Part shown: positions 25,577 to 29,175 of the stretch, piece by piece
How the letters are laid out: the number at the start of each line of letters is the position of its first letter
Numbering within the stretch: position 1 is the stretch's first letter
Source of the DNA: a candidate division WOR-3 bacterium
GTDB lineage: Bacteria; Hydrothermota; Tepidihabitantia; SM23-42; JAOAFX01
Assembly (NCBI GenBank): GCA_037444665.1
Contig: JBBILZ010000034.1
Coordinates: 1-29,175 of the forward strand
DNA: 29,175 bases
Reading direction: 5' to 3'
Made by a program: the position numbers and the translations under genes
The notes under the pieces: model-generated
Seen by the model: only the letters and a program-made list of their open reading frames with translations
Told to the model about the DNA's origin: nothing
The model's database searches: none

Positions 25577-26438
25577 TAATACCAAAGACCCAATAACATT
25601 AGACTCTGTATGCGGATTGGGCAATTTTGATGGAATTCACAAGGGTCACCTTGAGATTATTGCAAAAGCAAAATCAGTTGCGGGTAATACTAAAAAGACC
25701 GGAATCATCACTTTTGAACCTCCACCGGTCTCTATCCTCAATAAAAATGGAATCTTTTTTCTGACAACAAAGCAAGAAAAAGAAAAACTTTTAAATGATT
25801 TGAATGTTGATTTTGTTTTTTATTTTAAATTTGACCGGCAGTTTGCAGAAAAAACTCCTGAAGAATTTGTAGATTTACTTTATAAAATTGTAAAACCATC
25901 AACAATCATTGTTGGAGAAAATTTTCATTTTGGTAAAGGTCGCAAGGGCTCTGCAAAACTATTAAAAGATATTGCCCTGAATAAATTTGGTGTAGAAATT
26001 ATCCCTGGAATTAAAGACCATGGCGAAATGGTGTCAAGCACCAGGATTAGAGAATTACTCTTACTGGGCAATATCCCTGGAGCAAATCGCATTTTAGGAA
26101 GAAAATATTCAATTACTGGAAAAGTAATCAAAGGAAAGGGTAAAGGTAGTAAGATAGGCTTTCCTACAATCAATCTTTCAGTTGACAGGGAAAAACTACT
26201 GCCCCTTGATGGCGTTTACGAAGTCGTCTTGAATCTTGGAGGAAATACATATAAGGGCGCAATGTTCTTAAGTCATACTATACTTGAAATTCACATATTA
26301 AATTTTTCAGAAAATTTATATGACCAGGAAATAACCATAGAATTGATACGTAGATTAAGGGCAATCAAAGAATTTCCTGATGATGAATCTTTGAAAAAAG
26401 CAATCGCAGAAGATATAAAAAAAATAAGTGCACAGTAA
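25563..26438 (+). CDS. ribF: Bifunctional FAD synthetase / riboflavin kinase (compact kinase domain)
   Basis: LGNFDGIHKGH, VGENFHFG, VSSTRIR, G.KIGFPTIN, P.DGVY, EIHIL.F...LY. Start placed at ATG 25563. Confidence 0.93.
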   Translation: MHIINNTKDPITLDSVCGLGNFDGIHKGHLEIIAKAKSVAGNTKKTGIITFEPPPVSILNKNGIFFLTTKQEKEKLLNDLNVDFVFYFKFDRQFAEKTPEEFVDLLYKIVKPSTIIVGENFHFGKGRKGSAKLLKDIALNKFGVEIIPGIKDHGEMVSSTRIRELLLLGNIPGANRILGRKYSITGKVIKGKGKGSKIGFPTINLSVDREKLLPLDGVYEVVLNLGGNTYKGAMFLSHTILEIHILNFSENLYDQEITIELIRRLRAIKEFPDDESLKKAIAEDIKKISAQ

Positions 26439-26441
26439 CAC

Positions 26442-26469
26442 TTGACAAAAATTTTTTTGTAGTTATAAT
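26442..26469 (+). promoter_or_regulatory. sigma70-type promoter
   Basis: TTGACA, 16 bp, TATAAT. Confidence 0.75.
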
Positions 26470-26492
26470 ATAATACTGGCGAGCAGGATAAA

Positions 26493-27206
26493 ATGGCAAA
26501 ATTCATTTTCACATTATGCTGTAAAATAATTCTGCCTCTGACTTTATTAATCACATTGATCTTTACCACAAATTGCAAAGACCCCAATACTTATAAACCA
26601 CCAGTAGATTCCCTATTACCACCTCCACCACCACCAGAACTGCTTACACCACCAGATAGTTTTATCCATATACCACAAGGTGATAATCGGTTGCTTATTT
26701 CCTGGGAAATTCTTGAAGGAGCAGAGATTTATGAAATAAGTTTTGTTGATTTAAATATTATGAAAGAGTGGTCATATACATTGAAAAAAAATTATATCGC
26801 ACAAAGTTGGCTTGGCTATTATAGTAGATTTACCTGGCGTGTAAGGGCTTATGGTCCAACCTGGGAATATTACACTGACTGGTCTGTGCCAAGATATTAT
26901 GAAGTTGTAAGAAAACCTTTGCCCCCACCTGCCTTAATCTATCCACCTAATGATACAATCTTCTATGTTGATACCCTGCCTGCTAATATAGAATTTATCT
27001 GGTCAGAAGTGCCAAAGGCAAAATCTTATGATTATGAAGTATATCTTGATGGAAATATCGTTTATGAATATACATTAAATACTACCCATACTGTGATTTT
27101 AATTGATTCAGCTGCAACATACAATTGGTGTGTTCGTGCCAATACTCCACTCTGGGAATTCCCAACAGGCTGGGCATATGGAACATTTACAGTCCAGTTA
27201 CGTTAA
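26493..27206 (+). CDS. Putative lipoprotein with two FN3/Ig-like repeats and polyproline linkers
   Basis: Hydrophobic leader ending TTNC; duplicated unit PPP.L..PP.....W.....A..Y...W.VRA....WE..T.W. Confidence 0.75.
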   Translation: MAKFIFTLCCKIILPLTLLITLIFTTNCKDPNTYKPPVDSLLPPPPPPELLTPPDSFIHIPQGDNRLLISWEILEGAEIYEISFVDLNIMKEWSYTLKKNYIAQSWLGYYSRFTWRVRAYGPTWEYYTDWSVPRYYEVVRKPLPPPALIYPPNDTIFYVDTLPANIEFIWSEVPKAKSYDYEVYLDGNIVYEYTLNTTHTVILIDSAATYNWCVRANTPLWEFPTGWAYGTFTVQLR

Positions 27207-27262
27207 CAAAAAATCAATATTCTTAAATGCCGTTCTGTCCAGTTGAAATTGGATGCTACAAT

Positions 27263-27297
27263 AAATCCCCCTGCTAAAGGGGGCGCGAGGGGGATTT
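27263..27297. repeat. GC-rich inverted repeat (REP-like or terminator)
   Basis: AAATCCCCCT ... AGGGGGATTT 10-bp arms about 55 bp after the lipoprotein stop. Confidence 0.5.
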
Positions 27298-27308
27298 TAA
27301 CCCCAACT

Positions 27309-27331
27309 GTAGTTGCCCGATTTATCGGGCA
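27309..27331 (+). repeat. GTAG-type REP
   Basis: GTAGTT-GCCCGA-TTTA-TCGGGC. Confidence 0.78.
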
Positions 27332-27338
27332 TTATGCC

Positions 27339-27515
27339 GGAGATTGGTTTAGAACCAGGTCTAAGGTTGTAAGGCATAGCATCAGTATGGTTATTGGGTA
27401 TTGGGCGTGGATGCTAGTATGGTTTGAGGGCTGAGTTTGTGGTTTTCATACGAAAGACCAGGCCGTTTGACGAAACGGGTATCGCAACCGTTTACCGGTA
27501 AACGATTCATTTTTA
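27339..27515 (-). repeat. Dispersed repeat, copy B (inverted relative to A)
   Basis: Both ends align to copy A (hairpin end and the 26-bp identical block); the middle has diverged. Confidence 0.85.
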
Positions 27516-27558
27516 GGCATTTTAAAATTTTATAGGTTGTCCCCACAAAAAATAGAAA

Positions 27559-27580
27559 GCCTCATAAATGAGGCAACTAC
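27559..27580 (-). repeat. GTAG-type REP
   Basis: Minus strand GTAGTT-GCCTCA-TTTA-TGAGGC. Confidence 0.78.
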
Positions 27581-27660
27581 TAAAATATTGTTAGAAAACA
27601 GACAGTGGTGGTCTTACCCATAAATCTGGAATAGAGGCTTTAGCCTCATAAGTTTTTTTA

Positions 27661-27734
27661 GAGTTATTGGATTATAAAAGACCTTAACCGTTTGACGATT
27701 GACGACAGGGGCTGCGAAACCGTATAACGGATTT
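27661..27734 (-). repeat. Dispersed repeat, partial copy C
   Basis: Reverse complement shares CGTTATACGGTT and TCGTCAATCGTCAAACGGTTA with copy A. Confidence 0.85.
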
Positions 27735-27742
27735 CTGCATTC

Positions 27743-27770
27743 TTGACATCCATCTCTATTTACATATAAT
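27743..27770 (+). promoter_or_regulatory. sigma70-type promoter
   Basis: TTGACA, 16 bp, TATAAT, then SD AAGGAG before ATG 27788. Confidence 0.78.
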
Positions 27771-27787
27771 TTTCCAAAGGAGTAACT

Positions 27788-29175
27788 ATGACAAAATATC
27801 TTTTAATACCATTGTTTGCGGCAATGGCTTTTGCCGGTATGTTAAAACAGGAAAACATTGAAGGTGTTAATGTTGAAATCTCTGGTAATCTATCGCGCTA
27901 TATTACACCCGGTGAGTTAAAGATTGGAACATTACCACCGACCATTAAATACGACCCTTCACGGGCAGAGACCTTATGGGTTGACCGCAATCATCAGTAT
28001 GCAATTGCTGAACATGTCTCTATAACAGGAAATGGGATGTTCATTCAGGCGGGCTGGTGGTTAAATAACAAAAGGACAAGTTTATACCGAACTCTTGGAA
28101 ATAATATTCCGATATGGACCTATCCCCTACCTCTGACTGAATGGTATGTTCCAGTTATGGCATCCCTCACAGGAGAAGATATCGCAGCCGGTTCTGGAGG
28201 CGAACCATTTTATAGTTTTACTGCCAATAGTTCTGCTCCAAAATGGCGTTATAATCTGCCAGACGGCTATAAAATTGCCACAAGTTCTCAGGGCAGGACT
28301 GTTGCAGTAAGTGATGATGGTTCAATTTATGCTGTACTCGGCACTGGTACAGGTATGGCTAAACTTTTTATTTTCAATAATACCGGTGATACAATCCGCA
28401 CAATCGACTTTTCACCCAATAACGGTGTTTATGGGCTTGATATTTCTAACGATGGAACTGTCTTCTGCATTTCTACTTACTATGTTACCTATATTTATAA
28501 TCTTGATGGCTCACGACGGGATTCGCTTTACAATTATGGCCAGGGTGTTGCGAAAATATCTGGGGATGGAAATTATGTAGTAAAAGGACACTTTAATGGA
28601 ACAGTTTACTTATATCACTGGACTGGCTCAAATTATACATTGAAATGGCAACATTATACCGGACATCCCTGGGTGACTTCGGTCGCAATTTCCGACAATG
28701 GGGCAACGATTATGGCAGGCACTTTCCAGTATAGTCCCACATACTCAGGCAAAGTGGTAATGTATGATTCTTCATCATCAACACCATTATGGGAATATAC
28801 CCAATACGGTGATTATGTTGATGAATGTGCGCTCAGCGCTGATGGTTCACGGGGTGTTGCTGGTTCCTGGGGTCAGTATCAGGGAACATTTGGTGATGTG
28901 CTGACCGTATTTAATAAATCTTCTTCAACGCCAATATTTCAGTTGCTTGATGATATTGATGAACCAGGCTCAATAACCGCAGTGGATATATCAAAAGATG
29001 GTTCATTCGTTACTGCGGGTGGGAAGGCTGTCCATGCACGAGAATTCGGAAATGGTGGTGAAGTCTATGCAATCCGTATTCTTGACCAGTTGACCAGTGA
29101 TGTGGGAGTGAAAAGTATTGATGCCCCAAGCAATTTTCTCCAGGTTGGTCAATCAATCTCACCTCAGGCAGTAGT
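27788..29175 (+). CDS. Secreted WD40/PQQ-like beta-propeller protein followed by the start of an Ig-like (CARDB-like) domain; runs off the window
   Basis: Manual translation MTKYLLIPLFAAMAFA (signal peptide), repeated blades VAVSDDGS, LDISNDGT, KISGDGN, VAISDNGA, ALSADGS, VDISKDGS, then DVGVKSIDAP. No stop before the edge. Confidence 0.85.
   Translation, partial: MTKYLLIPLFAAMAFAGMLKQENIEGVNVEISGNLSRYITPGELKIGTLPPTIKYDPSRAETLWVDRNHQYAIAEHVSITGNGMFIQAGWWLNNKRTSLYRTLGNNIPIWTYPLPLTEWYVPVMASLTGEDIAAGSGGEPFYSFTANSSAPKWRYNLPDGYKIATSSQGRTVAVSDDGSIYAVLGTGTGMAKLFIFNNTGDTIRTIDFSPNNGVYGLDISNDGTVFCISTYYVTYIYNLDGSRRDSLYNYGQGVAKISGDGNYVVKGHFNGTVYLYHWTGSNYTLKWQHYTGHPWVTSVAISDNGATIMAGTFQYSPTYSGKVVMYDSSSSTPLWEYTQYGDYVDECALSADGSRGVAGSWGQYQGTFGDVLTVFNKSSSTPIFQLLDDIDEPGSITAVDISKDGSFVTAGGKAVHAREFGNGGEVYAIRILDQLTSDVGVKSIDAPSNFLQVGQSISPQAV

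Noticed and set aside
18638..26587. Many minus-strand ORFs of 60-150 aa across the translation operon
   Set aside because: Antisense to conserved housekeeping genes, with no motifs or expression signals.
27243..27434. 63-aa ORF with TTG start
   Set aside because: Made of a hairpin, a REP and repeat copy B; no SD and no recognisable protein features.
28311..28580. 89-aa ORF in the track
   Set aside because: Alternative frame inside the long beta-propeller CDS that starts at 27788.

Overview
AT-rich bacterial chromosome segment, tentatively from WOR-3 or a related FCB-adjacent lineage (inferred from a T9SS-like C-terminal domain and Ig-like secreted proteins; not provable here). From left to right: (1) a minus-strand fur - NifB/NifX-family - mrp/apbC operon with two Fur-box-like operators; (2) a complete type I restriction-modification locus (hsdM, hsdS, hsdR) with a Schlafen/AlbA_2-HATPase-wHTH gene between hsdM and hsdS, followed by an 11-bp tandem array and a decayed copy of the hsdM 3' end; (3) a small membrane protein and a secreted GH18-2xSH3b-T9SS-type hydrolase; (4) an ABC-2 exporter operon with an ArsR-like regulator flanked by two 41-bp palindromic direct repeats; (5) a HAD phosphatase coupled to a 643-aa D-x-x-G-x-D-x-Y repeat protein; (6) proS-rimP-nusA-infB-DUF503-rbfA-DHH-ribF, lacking truB; (7) an FN3-like lipoprotein, a repeat-dense intergenic region, and a secreted beta-propeller protein running off the end. 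Non-coding highlights are four apparently leaderless promoters, frequent 16-bp promoter spacers, a covarying GTAG-type REP family, and a ~190-bp dispersed repeat whose inverted copies bracket the translation operon. No rRNA, tRNA, CRISPR array or transposase was seen.
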